Below, piece by piece: positions 13,400-26,209 of a stretch of 64,000 nucleotides of DNA. Source of the DNA: Camelus dromedarius (lineage: Eukaryota); the NCBI RefSeq assembly GCF_036321535.1, contig NC_087436.1:33854001-33918000 (forward strand). The letters run 5' to 3'. The position numbers were made by a program, and so were the translations under genes. Numbering within the stretch: position 1 is the stretch's first letter; each line of letters opens with the position of its first letter. The notes beneath the pieces are model-generated. The model had not been told where the DNA came from. It was given only the letters and a program-made list of their open reading frames with translations, and searched no databases.

Positions 13400-14130
13400 A
13401 TACTTAGCTACTATTTGTTGAGAATTTATTGTGTGCCAAGTGTTTTTTATAAGCTAATATAACTGCAGGATGAGCTGAAACTGGCCCTACACTGACTGTA
13501 ACAAGATACTGAGTTGTTTTACACAGAGAACAGAACAAAACCACAAGTTAACGCAGCTAAAGCATGTTCAGAGGAGAAAATTTTGACCTCAAAAACTACT
13601 CAGAACCAAAGTCCCCCACCCCACCACCCCACAATGAACCAAAGGCCTGGGACAGGACCAGCACCTGATCCATTGTCCAGGAAGATCCTGTGCTGAAGCC
13701 CCTTTACCACACCTTAGTGCAAATGGCCAAGTTCCAAAGTCCCCCAATAGAAACATGTCCTGCTTCCTCATACCAAGCCTACTACCCTAACTCATTAAAG
13801 TTTGATTGAACCTCAGATCAGAAAGACAGATTTGAGAACCTTGCCTCCTATCTCCTTGCCAGTCAATCTCCCAATAGAGCCTTTTCTTTTTTCAAGAGCC
13901 AGTATCATACTGTGGCTTCTATGCATGTTGAGCAGAGTCCTTGCTTCATAACATTAACATATTTAATTACTGAAATAATCCTATGAAATAAATATTAGCA
14001 CCCTTACTTTGAAGATAAGGAGTGAGGTTCAGTGAGGTTAAGCGACTCTGTAAGTTTACACAGCTATTAAGTGGTTTGATTTGAACCAAAATTTGCCTGA
14101 AGTCAAAACATACCCTTAATCTTCGAGTTG
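13400..14130 (-). mobile_element. MIR SINE split by an LTR (pieces ~13400-13463 and ~13954-14130)
   Basis: tatttgttgagaatttattgtgtgccaag | aataatcctatgaaataaatattag..gataaggagtgaggttcagtgaggttaag. Confidence 0.7.
13464..13953 (+). mobile_element. Solo ERV1-class LTR (MER34/MER39-like)
   Basis: TG...CA ends. 3' part agacagatttgag..ctccttgccagtc..caatagagccttttc..ttgcttcataaca. Flanks ataac/ttaac. Confidence 0.7.
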
Positions 14131-14249
14131 TACAAAAGCCTAAAATCATCACTTGATTGGCTCTGTGAGTTTAAACAATTTATTCAGTGCCACTATTTTG
14201 TATTTGTTTTGTTGGTTGGTTGGTTTTGTACCTGTCCTATAAAAACAAT

Positions 14250-14500
14250 GTAATTGCTCAGGCTCAAACCCTGGAGTCATACTACATGTATCTGAATTTT
14301 GGATCTTGTGGCCACTGTCTAAATGACTTAGCATGAAATATTTAAACTCACTATTCTTCAGTTTCCTCATTCAAAAATAAGGGGAATAATAAATAGACTA
14401 CTTTATGGAACTGTGTGAGGATGAAAGATTTAGTATTTTTAAAACCTTAAATTTTGAAGCATGTTAAGAACTCTAGAAGTATAAGCTGTTATTATCTATA
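14250..14500 (+). mobile_element. MIR SINE
   Basis: ctggagtcatactac..ttcagtttcctcattcaaaaataaggggaataata. Confidence 0.7.
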
Positions 14501-15357
14501 AAATACAAACAAAAGTGCCTATATTCATTTAATTCACAGGAATGCAGAGAGAAATAGGTAGTTTAGTGATTACAAATGTGCCTTACATAATAGAAAGTGT
14601 TTTATTAACTTAAGATATGTTTATGCTTTACTTACATTTATATGCCAGTGGTGAATGATATAAATTTGAATAGCTATGCATTTAAATACAAATAGCATAT
14701 AAATACTAAACTGAGAATTCTCAATATTGCTCTTTTAAAAAATATTTAATAAACTTTAAAATTGACTGGCTTGAAGTAAGTCAATCTGATAATATATAAG
14801 TTATTTACTGACTTTTGAAAATAAATTCTAAAACACATTGTTATTAAACTTTTCTGATGTAAAACCAGGAATGAAGATACTAACAGATAAATACATCCAC
14901 ATATGCTTCATCTAATACTTCTTAAAGGTTTTTGGGATTTTTTTTAATTGCTTGCACACATTTAAGATTTTATGTGTATATGTATACAGTCATATATACA
15001 AGCTCCTCTACTCACACATCATTTCAACCATCTGATGGACTGGGCAGGGGGAGGTGAGCCACATGGCACACAGTTGAAAATAATTTACTTTAACAAGAAC
15101 CATGGGGTATTTAATGGCTCGCAGTATAGGCTCTGACACCCAGCTGTATGTAGTGCTTCATGCGGCCTATGATGCATGCAGATAAAGTATGTTTAGATTT
15201 CTCCAAAGCAAATTATTTGAATTCATGGCCATCTGTCGGAAAGTAAGAGCACTTCTAGCTTAGAAACACACGCTTAATCTGTGCTTGCATTTAAATTTAT
15301 GAGTGTATTGGTACAGTCTAATCAACCTGAAATCCAAAATGTCAGACATGGACTCTC

Positions 15358-15389
<32 letters not shown>

Positions 15390-15407
15390 AGAGAGATGAT
15401 AATGTAA

Positions 15408-15439
<32 letters not shown>
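15358..15439. repeat. Compound (GA)n / (TG)n microsatellite
   Basis: GA tract at 15358-15395 and TG tract at 15410-15438. Confidence 0.97.
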
Positions 15440-15442
<3 letters not shown>

Positions 15443-15950
15443 AGGGGTGGAGAGGAGGGGGGCAGTGCAGGAATAATTAAATTGGAGACTCCCTAATTCA
15501 GAATTTCCTTTACCTGAATCTTTGGTGTCTGTGACCACCAACAGAGTTTCCTCCACTGAAGCAGTCTGACTTAAATGTGTCTGCTGCGCATTTTAGCTGA
15601 CTGAGAGTTCTGGTAAAGAGATTTATCTGCTAAATGCCACTGAGACTGCCAGATTCAACACACGTCAGTTTAAGTATATAGCATCATATGCTACCAGCAG
15701 TAGGTTATTTGATTTCTTTTCCTTTTAGTCTTTTCTTCTGAGATGTTCCAAGAATACTGATTACCTGCATTGAAAATTTGTTCTCTCCATGGAGAATTTT
15801 ATTGCTTCCCTCCTACTAGTGATTATATATGTTTAATGTAGATTTTTTTAATATGAATCTATGGTAGAGCTGTAGGTTTGAATAAAATTAACTTTCTCAG
15901 TGAATCAACCACCTACTGTTTTGCAATGAATTTCTGGCACCTTTACTTAA

Positions 15951-16008
<58 letters not shown>

Positions 16009-16050
16009 TAATAATATAATAATAATAATAATAATAATATAATAATAATA
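15951..16050. repeat. (AAT)n microsatellite, ~100 bp, imperfect in its 3' half
   Basis: Direct; explains the poly-Y/poly-I ORF 15943-16254. Confidence 0.98.
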
Positions 16051-16942
16051 AGCCTTAACACCATTGTTGAAGAGGTACGAGCAGAGTGAAGAAATTAACA
16101 TTATGGAGCTCAGACTATATGCCAGACAATTTGTTAATGATTCTACATATTCATTTTTTAAATTTATTCTCTGTACAGTCTCATGAAATGAGAAAAATAA
16201 AATTATGAGTGTGTAGGCCTCGTTTAAAGGTCTGTCTGAGGTAAAAATCCACACATATTTTTGTTTTGTTCTTTAGGTTTTTTTTTTCCAATAAACATTT
16301 TATTTTAGGAGGGTGTTAGGTTTACAGAAACTTTGTAAAAAAAAAAGTACAGAGTTCCTCTAAAACCTATACCCAGTGTCTCCTATCTTACATTAATATG
16401 GTATATTTGCCACAGCTAATAAATCAACATTGTACCATTATTACTAAAAAAAAAGTCCACAGTGTATTCAGATTTCTTAGTTTTTACCTGATGTCCCTGT
16501 TCTGTACCAGAATCCCCCCACGATACCATGCTACTACATTCAGTCGTCATCCCTTTAGGCGTCAGTAGACTGTGACAATTTCTAAAATCTTCCTGTTTTT
16601 GATGATCTTGGCAGTTTTAAAGAGCACCAATCAAGTGTTTTGTAGAATGCTCATCAACTGGAGTTTGTCTGATGTTTGTTCCATAATTAGACAGGGGATT
16701 TGTGTACTGGAGAAGAAGACCACAGAGGTAAAGTGCATATTCACCTCTTAATGAGAGTATGTCCATCAGTGTGGTTTATCACTGCTGATATGGACCTTGA
16801 TCACCTGACAGGTAATTATTCAATTTTCTTCACTGTAAAGTTATTCTTTTGCTACTCTTTCCAAACTGTGTTCATTGGAGGGAAGTCACTTAGAAAAGAC
16901 AACATTTTAGGAAAGGGGAGTTATCCTCAATCTCTCGAGAAG

Positions 16943-17358
16943 TGTGAAGGTTAATTTTCTGTGTCAACTTGGCTGGGCCATGGTGCCCCTATATTTGGTC
17001 AAACATTGTTCTGGATGTTTCTGTGAAGGTGTTTTGGGATGAGATTTACAATTAAATTGGTGGACTGAGTAAAGTAGATTACCTCATAATGTGAGTGGGC
17101 CTCATCCAATCAGCTGAAGGTCTTAATAGAAAAGACTGACCTTCCCTAAGCCAAAAGGAATTCTGTCAGGAGACTATCCTTGGACTCAAACTGCAACTCT
17201 TCCCCTAGTCTTCAGCCTGCTAGCCTACCCTGCAGATTTCTGAATTACCAAGCCTCTATAATCCCATTAGTCAAGGCCTTAAAATAGATTTCTCTCTCTT
17301 TCCATATATATTTACACACAATTCTGTGGGCTCTGTTTCTCTGGAGAACCGTAACACA
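16943..17358 (+). mobile_element. MLT2 (ERVL) solo LTR
   Basis: tgtgaaggttaattttctgtgtcaacttggctgggcca ... ctgtttctctggagaacc. Confidence 0.9.
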
Positions 17359-17376
17359 ATGGTAGTACCTTCTACT

Positions 17377-17770
17377 GTTGAACAATAACAGCATCAAGAC
17401 CGCAGAGAGGGTAAAACCTAAAGAGTGCTCCAGGGAAGAGAGTCAGGGGCTTATAAAGACAGAAAACCACAAGACTACTAAAGTTGTCAGGTAAGAATTG
17501 TGAGCGACTTTGACATAAGTCAGGAAATTCTGTCCTTAAGAATTCACTAGTTAGAAGAAAAACTAGTAACTTTGTAGAAATGCATAGAATATCGCCATAA
17601 AATATACAAAAATATTACAAGTTAAAAAAAAAAAGAATTCACCAGTTAGTCTATGGTAAGGACCTGATAAAAATCTTGAGTTTCTGAGAAATGTTCTACA
17701 TGTCTTTTTTAGGATAGTAAGTGGTCGAAAGGTCAGATTCCATCCATGATGAGACATGCATGTCACACGT
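17377..17770 (-). mobile_element. Probable ERV1-class LTR fragment
   Basis: tgttgaacaa..agagtgctccagggaagagagtcaggggcttataaagacagaaaaccaca is LTR-like; family not certain. Confidence 0.45.
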
Positions 17771-17978
17771 CCTCAATGAACTCCTAGCTTCATTTGGAGA
17801 AAATTTTCTTAGCAATACCAACTCCATTTTGATTTTTCTTTCACACCATATAAATTACATGAAATTATTCTTCTTAAGAAATTTATTTATTCTCATTTAT
17901 TTATTTATTCATTTAGTCAATCATCTGTTTATATCAGTTTAGACTCATGGATATTTATTTTATGCTTTGGATTATAAT

Positions 17979-19331
17979 CCAACAACTATTTTTTTAATTG
18001 AAGTACAGTTGAATTACAATGTCATGTTAGTTTCTGGTGTACAGCAAAGTAATTCAGTTATGCATATATATTCCTTTTCATATTCTTTTTCATTAAAGGT
18101 TATTACAAGATATTGAATATAGTTCCCTGTACTGTACAGTATAACCTTATTGTTCATCTACTCTGTGTATAGTGGTTAGTATCTGCAAATCCTGAACTCT
18201 CAATTTTCCCTTCCATACCCTCCTTCTCTCTTGCAATCATGAGTTTGTTTTCTATGTCTGTGAGTCTGTTTTCTATGTCTGTGAGTCTGTTTCTGATTTA
18301 TAAATAAGTTCATTTGTGTCTTTTTTTTTTTTTTTTTTTTAGATTCCACATATAAGTGGTATCACTTCTCTTTCTGGCTTACTTCACTTAGAATGATGAT
18401 CTCCAGATCCATCCATATTGCTGCAAATGGCAGAATTTCATTCATTTTTATGGCTGAGTAGTATTCCCTTGTATAAATATACCACAAATTCTACATCCAT
18501 TCATCTGCCACAGACATTTAGGTTGCTTCCATGTCTTGGCTATTGTAAATAGTGCTGCTATGAACATTGGGGTGCTTGTGTCTTTTTGAATTAGAGTTTC
18601 CTCCAGATATGTGCCCAGGAGGTAGATTGCTGGATCATGTGGCAACTCTATTTTTAGTTTTTTAGGGAATCTCCATACTGTTTTCCATAACGGCTGCACC
18701 AAACTACATTCCCATCAACTGTGTAGGAGGGTTCCCTTTTCTCCACACCCCCTCTAGCATTTTTTAATAATGGCCATTCTTACTGGTGTGAGGTGGTACC
18801 TCATTATAGCTTAGATTTGCATGTCCCTGTCACATAGCAATACTGAATATTTTTTCATGTGCCTATTGGCCATCTATATGTCTTCAGTGGAAAATTGTCT
18901 GTTTAGGTCTTCTGCCCATTTTTTTGATGGGGTTGTCTTTTTTGTTCTTGTTGTTATTGAGTTGTATGAGCTGTTTGTATATTCTGAGAAATAAACTTTG
19001 TCAGTCCCACCCCTTGTAAATATTTTCTCCAATTCTGTAGCTTGTCTTGTTTGTAGTTTCCTTTACTGGGCAAAAGCTTATAAGTTTAATTAGGCACCAT
19101 TTGTTTATTTTTGCTTTTATTTCTATTGCCTTGGTAGACTGCCCTAGGATAACATTGCTGACTTTAGGTTTTACTTGTTCTGTTTTTCTGATTGTTTTAA
19201 GTGGTAGGCTAGGTTGTTTATTTGAGATTTTTCTTGTTTTTTGAGGAAGGCCTGTATCACTATGAACGTCCCTCTCAGGACTGCTTTTGCTGCATCCCAT
19301 TGATTCTGTGTGGTTGCCAAAGCTATTTTTT
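17979..19331 (-). mobile_element. Artiodactyl-type L1, 5'-truncated, with an internal ORF2 deletion
   Basis: 3'UTR ttttttaattgaagtacagttg. ORF2 C-terminus in ORF 18448-18702. Jump at ~19157 to the WDAAKAVLRG region. Imperfect TSD ccaacaactatttttt / ccaaagctatttttt. Confidence 0.88.
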
Positions 19332-22300
19332 GGTTCAGATTGCTCTAGCTTGTGCCTGTGAGGGCTCTTTCACTTGGCTCCTTTAACAAACACTCATCAC
19401 AATAGGTAGTATGTGTGCAGTATTTTATCTGAGCATTCTTACTTTCTGCCACTACAAGATGTTACAGGCTCATCTGCCTCAGCCCTAGCATCAACCATTA
19501 ATTCATGCATTTTTTTTAGCAAAATATACTGGCTAGATTGATGTTGGAGGAAAGGGTATTTATGTCTATTAGCTAAGCTTAAATACATGTAATTTGAAAT
19601 ACTGTCCTTAAAAGTTGTATAGTGTGCTTGAGGGGAACACTGCACTAGGCACTGGAGTAATATAAATCAATTCATATATATTATACTTATCATATGATTT
19701 AAAATGATATATGAAAAGGTGAGAAAATTGAAAGAAAATTACTACTCAATGTTTATGCTTACTTATGTTTTACAAAATTGATGTATAAGTCAGGATTGTG
19801 GAGTTGGAGCCAATGTCAAGTGTAAGAAAACCATCAGATGAGAATGTCCTGAAAACATGTGAGGTAAGATTGGTAGGTAGTAGAGAAATACCATCTAGCC
19901 TTACACCTGTGACTTTTGGGCACTTTAATACATGCCAGCTGAATTCCTGGACGTATACTGGCATAATTTAGGGGGAAATATTTTCAACACTAAGGGAATG
20001 GGATTATGCTAGAGACACTGTAATTGAAAATAGAAAATAAAGATTGTAAGGTAGTAAGCAAATTAATTTGGCTTAGGAAGAGGTGCCATATGGAAGTTAA
20101 AAGAAATAAATAGCTAAACTAGTGCAGTGGGAGAATGAGAGTGCGTGGGCTGGCATGCTGGTAAGAACTTGGAGGAAAAGTTTGGATTTATAGAGCCTGT
20201 ATGGTGTTTGGAAATGCGGGACAATGTTCTAGCCTGAACACAATTTATACATACCTAGAGAATTGCTGAGAGCCTTGACCTGCAAGAAGTCTTTTTCCAT
20301 ATGACACTGAATAACCTTCTTAGAAAGAACAAATCTAAGTGAAATAATATATGAAAGACCCAGGAAGAAAGGAACAGTTGTCTCCCAAGTGTGGCCGGTG
20401 TTATGACAGCTGAAAGTGGAATCTGTTTCTCAGACTCTTTCTCTTTGGTCTCCAATCTTCAGATTCCTTTTTAATGACTATAGAGTATTTTGTTTTTTTG
20501 TTTTTTGTTTTGTTTTATTTGGGGGGGGGCAGTGGGAAGGGAAGGGGGGAAGGAGAGAGACAAAAAGACACGATTAACTGGATGACCATACAATTTCTCA
20601 CCCCAACTATGCTACTTCTGATAGTAAAAAAGATAGCTATTTATAATCATGCAGAGACAGCAAAGAGTAAACAGGATTATAGGTAATTTTTGGTAAATCA
20701 TCTCAAGACTTCTTTGAAACTCTTCTAACAAAGAGCAAAGAAAAGGAAGAGAATCCGCATGTTGTGCCACCAGCCCTGGCACTGTGCGGCACAAAGGAGA
20801 GACCCAGTGAGACAGAGGCCTCTGTGTCCTGCAAGCAAGAGTAGGACATCAGTAATACACACCTTGGACTGTCAGGACAGGCTAGTGAGTGGAAGCATCA
20901 GAAACACACAGTAGATACTCTAGGGAAATTCCTAGAGATTATAAGATTTGAAGATGAAGAAACCAGGCAGTGAAATTTGAATCATCACTCAATCACCTGT
21001 ACCTACCATTATGAGGCCAGGAGAAATCCAGATGATGAATTTCCCTAAAGTCTATATGTCTATATCATTCTAAACTCCATTTACTTCTAACTACTGCCCA
21101 GAAAATAAAAGTATATCTATTTATTAGCTAATCTGAGATTCGTGTAATGTGACTACTGTTATTCAACAGGAGATCTGGGATAAATCTGATATGAGGGGTC
21201 ACAAGGAGATGAAAGTATTTGAGGAGCATAACTTTACCAGCCAGATGAGAAAACCATTGTGACAGGAAGAAAGGCTGGAGTCCAAGGTACCACGTGTGTG
21301 TGATACAGTTACACAGACCTAGTATGGTAGAGATGGACAATAAGAATGCTATGAAATAAAAAAGCAAAGTGTGAATCGGAGAAAAAAAGGAATTGGAAAA
21401 ATTTAATACTTGGATATAGAAAGTGAAACTATATAAGTAATAATAATACTATTATTATAAAGAATTTATTTTTCAAAGTCTGAAAACTCAAAATTCACTA
21501 AAACCAGTGTGAATATTCAGTACGTGTGAGTAATGGTTTTGTGCATTCCCTGTGCATTAGAAATTCTCAGCTTTCAGAATATCACTGTCATTGCTACCTA
21601 CAGCTATACTGAAAATAGGATGACTAAAATACTCTCTCTTAGAATAGTGCTTATCACCCAGCCTTTTTCCTATTGCAAAGCTTTCTATTGTTTATGATAA
21701 AATTATCTTCCTCAAACACTTCACTTATCTCAACAACACCCTGCAACTTTAGAAAGTCAGAAAGACTGTGAACACTCTTCAATAACATATGTATGTAATA
21801 TATATATACAATGTATATATAAATTTACATTTATATATATGCGTAAATATAACTGATATATATGCATGTGTAACTTGAAAATACATTAAATATTTTTTCA
21901 TTTTATTTTACTGAAGGAGTTAAAGTTGATGGTACATAAAAGATTACTTGTTTTAAATCAAAGTCCCCACTTACTCCCATATTATAAGTGATATCAAGTT
22001 GTTTTTACTATAAATCATAGAATAAATGAAGCTTTATTAATATTTTAATGAAATAAGCTTATGGTATTTCAAAATTCCCAAGAAAAACATTTTGGACACA
22101 TTGATTTCCAAAGTTGTGTCTATGAAATGTTATTCATTTTATTTGTAATAATTTGGAAATTTGATTATTTGATAGAATATTTGGGAGAAATAAAATGTGA
22201 AAGATGGAGAATTACTGGTCTAGTTTACATTTCTGCTTTACCTTTAATATGAGAAGGAAAGAAATATGTAAATACATTATTTCTACTAAGCATGCCATTT

Positions 22301-22784
22301 TATATACGGTTGTAGAAACTATCTGCGTGTAGCATTCACTGGATATTGGCTTAACAAGGCACATATTTCTTGCAAATCGTTTCAATCACAAAGCATTTAA
22401 AATAAAATTCCATTTTGGGTTAGCTTGGGAAAAAAGTTAAGAAACTTTTGAAAAATTACCATTACAATTGAAGAAACAAAAACAATTGTACAAGTACCAT
22501 TTTCCCAAATAGCAGAATTATCTTATTGGCTCCTTTCCAAGCATTATTTCCTAGAAGCTGATATAAAATCTAGTCCTAAGTTTCTACATAAATCCAGCTT
22601 GACAAGCGATTGAGAAGAAAAATAACACAGCTAAGTAATTTTGATGACTAATTTCTTACAATCAACATAGATAGGCTTTGGGGTCTTAAAATGTTTTAAG
22701 TTGGTAACATAAAATAATTAAAGTAAGTCAAAAGAAGTACAAAAATTAGATAAAAACTAAATTTCTTTATTTTGATTTGTAGAC

Positions 22785-22992
22785 AGTAGTTCCCAACCCC
22801 AGTGCAAATTATATTCATCTGGAGAAGTCTGAATTTCCAACATCTGAGCCCCCCCTCCACAAGCCAGATGAGTCTGACTCTCTTGTGATTGGGGGGTCAC
22901 TAATTGTTTCACGTTCTATTTTTGGTTTTGTTTATGTTTTGTTTTTAAAAGCTCCTCAGAAGATTCTTTAGGCAGTCAGGATTGAAACCACT
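22785..22992. mobile_element. MER5-like hAT element
   Basis: cagtagttcccaacccc..ttttaaaagctcctcagaagattct..cagggattgaaaccact-like end. Confidence 0.6.
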
Positions 22993-25309
22993 AAAATGAT
23001 GCCATAATTTTAACCTTAGAGATCTACACAGTTTCCTGGGTAACTGCTTCTCATTCTTAAAACCTCAGTTTAGTGAGAACCTCTAAATGGTTTCCCAACC
23101 CCTGTTTTGTGTCAGGGTTTATCTATATTTAATGTGCTTGATCTTAATAATTAACTGCTTATTATGTTTAATGCTTGACTCTAGCCTAAGTGATAGTTTG
23201 TTTCTTGAAGGCAAGGAGAATTTTTTTTTTTCTCTGAATCAACCACCTATGGTACAAAACCTCAATTTTGAAGAAATGTATGCATGAAATAATGGCACTC
23301 ATATGCACAATCTAGAGCTTTTCCTTCAATACTACTTGTAGTCACTTATAATAATCATGGAGTATTTTTACAATTGTTTCCTTACAAAGTTAATGCAACT
23401 AAATAACCAAATGCAATGGGAAATAAGAAAATAGTAGATATGGGAGTCACTTAAGTGAAGTCCACTTAGCAAATTAAATGAATAGGGATGTTTAGATTAA
23501 TTGTCCTTAGCAGTTCTATAAACTACATTTTTTAGTTTTAAAAATAGAATTTCTCTCTACTTATAAAAATATACTATATAGAATACATCCTATTTTGTGG
23601 TGTTTATACCATCTTTATTTGTATACACCAAAATGTAAGGTAGGCAAGATCTCCCTGCCTAAAATATGCAACTGTGTATAGGTGATGAGAAGGGGATCCC
23701 TGTGAACATAAGGGTTATTGTGTCAGGGAAAGGAGATATATAAGTATTTCTCCTAATGACCATAGATTAACAGGATGATAATTTTTAATATCTAAAAACA
23801 CGGTAAGAAAATCACTGAATATAATTTCCATCATTCTGCTTTATCCCCACGCCTTTCCCAGATGGGTATTTGCCCACAGGAGTAGCTGTGCCCTATACCA
23901 AATGAGAACTAGGCCAGAAAGAGGTAGTCTGATATTTGTTTAACACATGTCTTGTACTTGGGCCTGCAGGAAGGGGAGATATTATAAATGGCCATATGCC
24001 ATAAAAAAATGGCAAAGGATTTTTTCAACCTAGGCTCTGAAAATTACTGCAGGAATCATTAAAAAAAAAAAAAAGAAAAGAAAAGAAGAAACATTTACAT
24101 TCCATTAATACCATAGAACATTTAGATGGTTGACCTGCTTCTATCTGGCCTGTTAACAAGTATGAGCTGGACACATTCAAATGTTCTGTTTATTGTTTTC
24201 TTTATTACCTCTTTTCCTAGCTGAACATAAAATGTAAGTTGGGAAAACTAGCAACATACATTTTATTACAGTACAAAGAGATCATTTAGGCCAAAAGAAT
24301 TATATTTCACTTAAAAATTCTACATTATTTACATTGGCTCTGTTTAATTCATTATTATTGGACATGCTATATATCTTTAAATTTGAAAAAAAATTAGTGT
24401 TCAGTTATCTAATATATTAGCAAGTGTGGGAATATTATTTGGTAAGCATCTGTCTTATGTTTATGACTTAGAACATTTGATTCATTTAAGCCAGGTTCAC
24501 AAGTTCAGCTGTTTATCTGCCATCTGGTTGGGCCGACATGACTTCCAGAGTTGGAATATAAATCAGGTGGGATCAGACTTCACCACCCTCATACACTCTT
24601 CCTTCACTTGCCTTTAGAATGTGCTAACATGGAATATAGCAACAATAATGAGAATGGAGACAACATGAAAGTAATTTCACATGAACTGTCACTGTAAAAA
24701 CAATTCTCTTCTCAACTTTGCTCATCTACATGGACTGAAATTTGTCTTTTAAAATAATACAATAATATAGAATCTTGCATATGTTCATACTGTTTAAATA
24801 AAGCAAATCACCATAATAAAGTGTATTATACTTTATAGTTTATGGGTCATAATGTCAATTTCTTCCTTAGAACAGCACTGGTTCTAGGCAGAGCATGTGC
24901 TATTATTTAGACACTGATGGATGAACTACAGTCTCATTGACAGTTCAATACTAGTATTAAATTGTTATCTATTAGATTGGGTATTATTAAAAAACGAGAG
25001 GTCAGGCATATTGTTCCCTCAGATTGCCACTTACCATAGGCAGAGCATACAAATGCCTTGTATGATGTTCTATTTTGTTATAAACTAACTTTCCAGCCTG
25101 TCTCCCACTTTTGCCCCTTCATCTTTCACTTTACTCAAGTGTATCTGCAACCTCTCCACTTCCTCTCTTTTGAGTCTCCTTTGCCCATAGTTTTAAAATT
25201 TGTTTAAAGGTCTTCTGTAGCACATGGCACCCTCAACCTTGCACTGTAACTATTTATGTCTGTCTTACCAGTGGGAAGTTGTTTCTCGGTGGAAATGTAT
25301 TCATTTTAT

Positions 25310-25540
25310 TTCTCTCTGAATATTTATTAACCATACTGAGCACTCTTATGCCAAACATAGCATAGTAGTGAATCATCATGAAGTTAGAATTATACTATGA
25401 ATTAACATTGTTTTACTGATGGATGAGGAAACTGTGTCTTTTGGAGGTTTGGATCACAGCCAAGCACAGCAAATATAGCAAGCATTAGGATTTGAATTCA
25501 GGACTCCCTTAAAGGACAGTCTGCTAACCATACTACTTAC
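25310..25540 (-). mobile_element. MIR (with possible L2 fragment)
   Basis: ttttactgatggatgaggaaactg..ggatttgaattcagg. Confidence 0.6.
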
Positions 25541-26209
25541 CAGTTTCCAAATTAAAAGGGTGTGAACATGAATAAAACAAAGAAATAAAAGAAAATAAAA
25601 CATACAAATAAATAATATGCATCTGTTTGTGTGCCCCAGATGTTCCCAAGTCTGGCACTACAAAACAGGGTCACATTTTCATTCCAGAAAGGAAGAGGAC
25701 TCCACATTCATCTTGAACTGCCCTGCTTGTTCTACCCTAAGAGGAGGGGGTCTACATTTAATAGTGGGTGGGATCACTATGTGCTAAAATGTCCAGTGTG
25801 GTTCCTGAATCCAAGAGGGCAATGCCAGACCTCTGGTCCTCTCTTTGTCTCCACTCATACCCAGCTGCAGCCTGATGCCTGCTTCTCCACTCAAGGGTGA
25901 CTGATGGTAAGATTTTAATTCGGGTTTATTAGAGAGTGGAAAGTCCCACTAAGACCTTCAGCTTAGGCCACATACTTCACAAGAGATATCTGATTATCAG
26001 AGTCTTGTTTTGCATTTACTGTGGCTGCCTTAGGAATCTCATAGGAAGTAGTGAGTTAGAGCAGATAGGATTTTTGTTCTTGAACTTCATCCCAAATGTC
26101 ATTTAATATTAGCCCAAACTCCTCATTATTTATAGCACTTTTTTTCAAGATGCATGCATTTATTTTATTTTTCATTTTATTTTATCTGTTTTTGCTTTTC
26201 CTTAATTTT

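Larger units (their letters stand above)
16280..19560 (-). mobile_element. Old L1MC/L1MD-type 3' region, split into ~16280-16940, ~17850-17985 and ~19330-19560 by younger insertions
   Basis: ttaggtttacagaaa..agtacagagttcc..aagtccacagtgtattcagatt. It resumes at gactcatggatatttatttta and again at ttactttctgccactacaagatg. Confidence 0.75.

Noticed and set aside
15943..16254. 103-aa poly-Tyr/Ile ORF
   Set aside because: Translation of an (AAT)n repeat plus an adjacent MIR-like fragment
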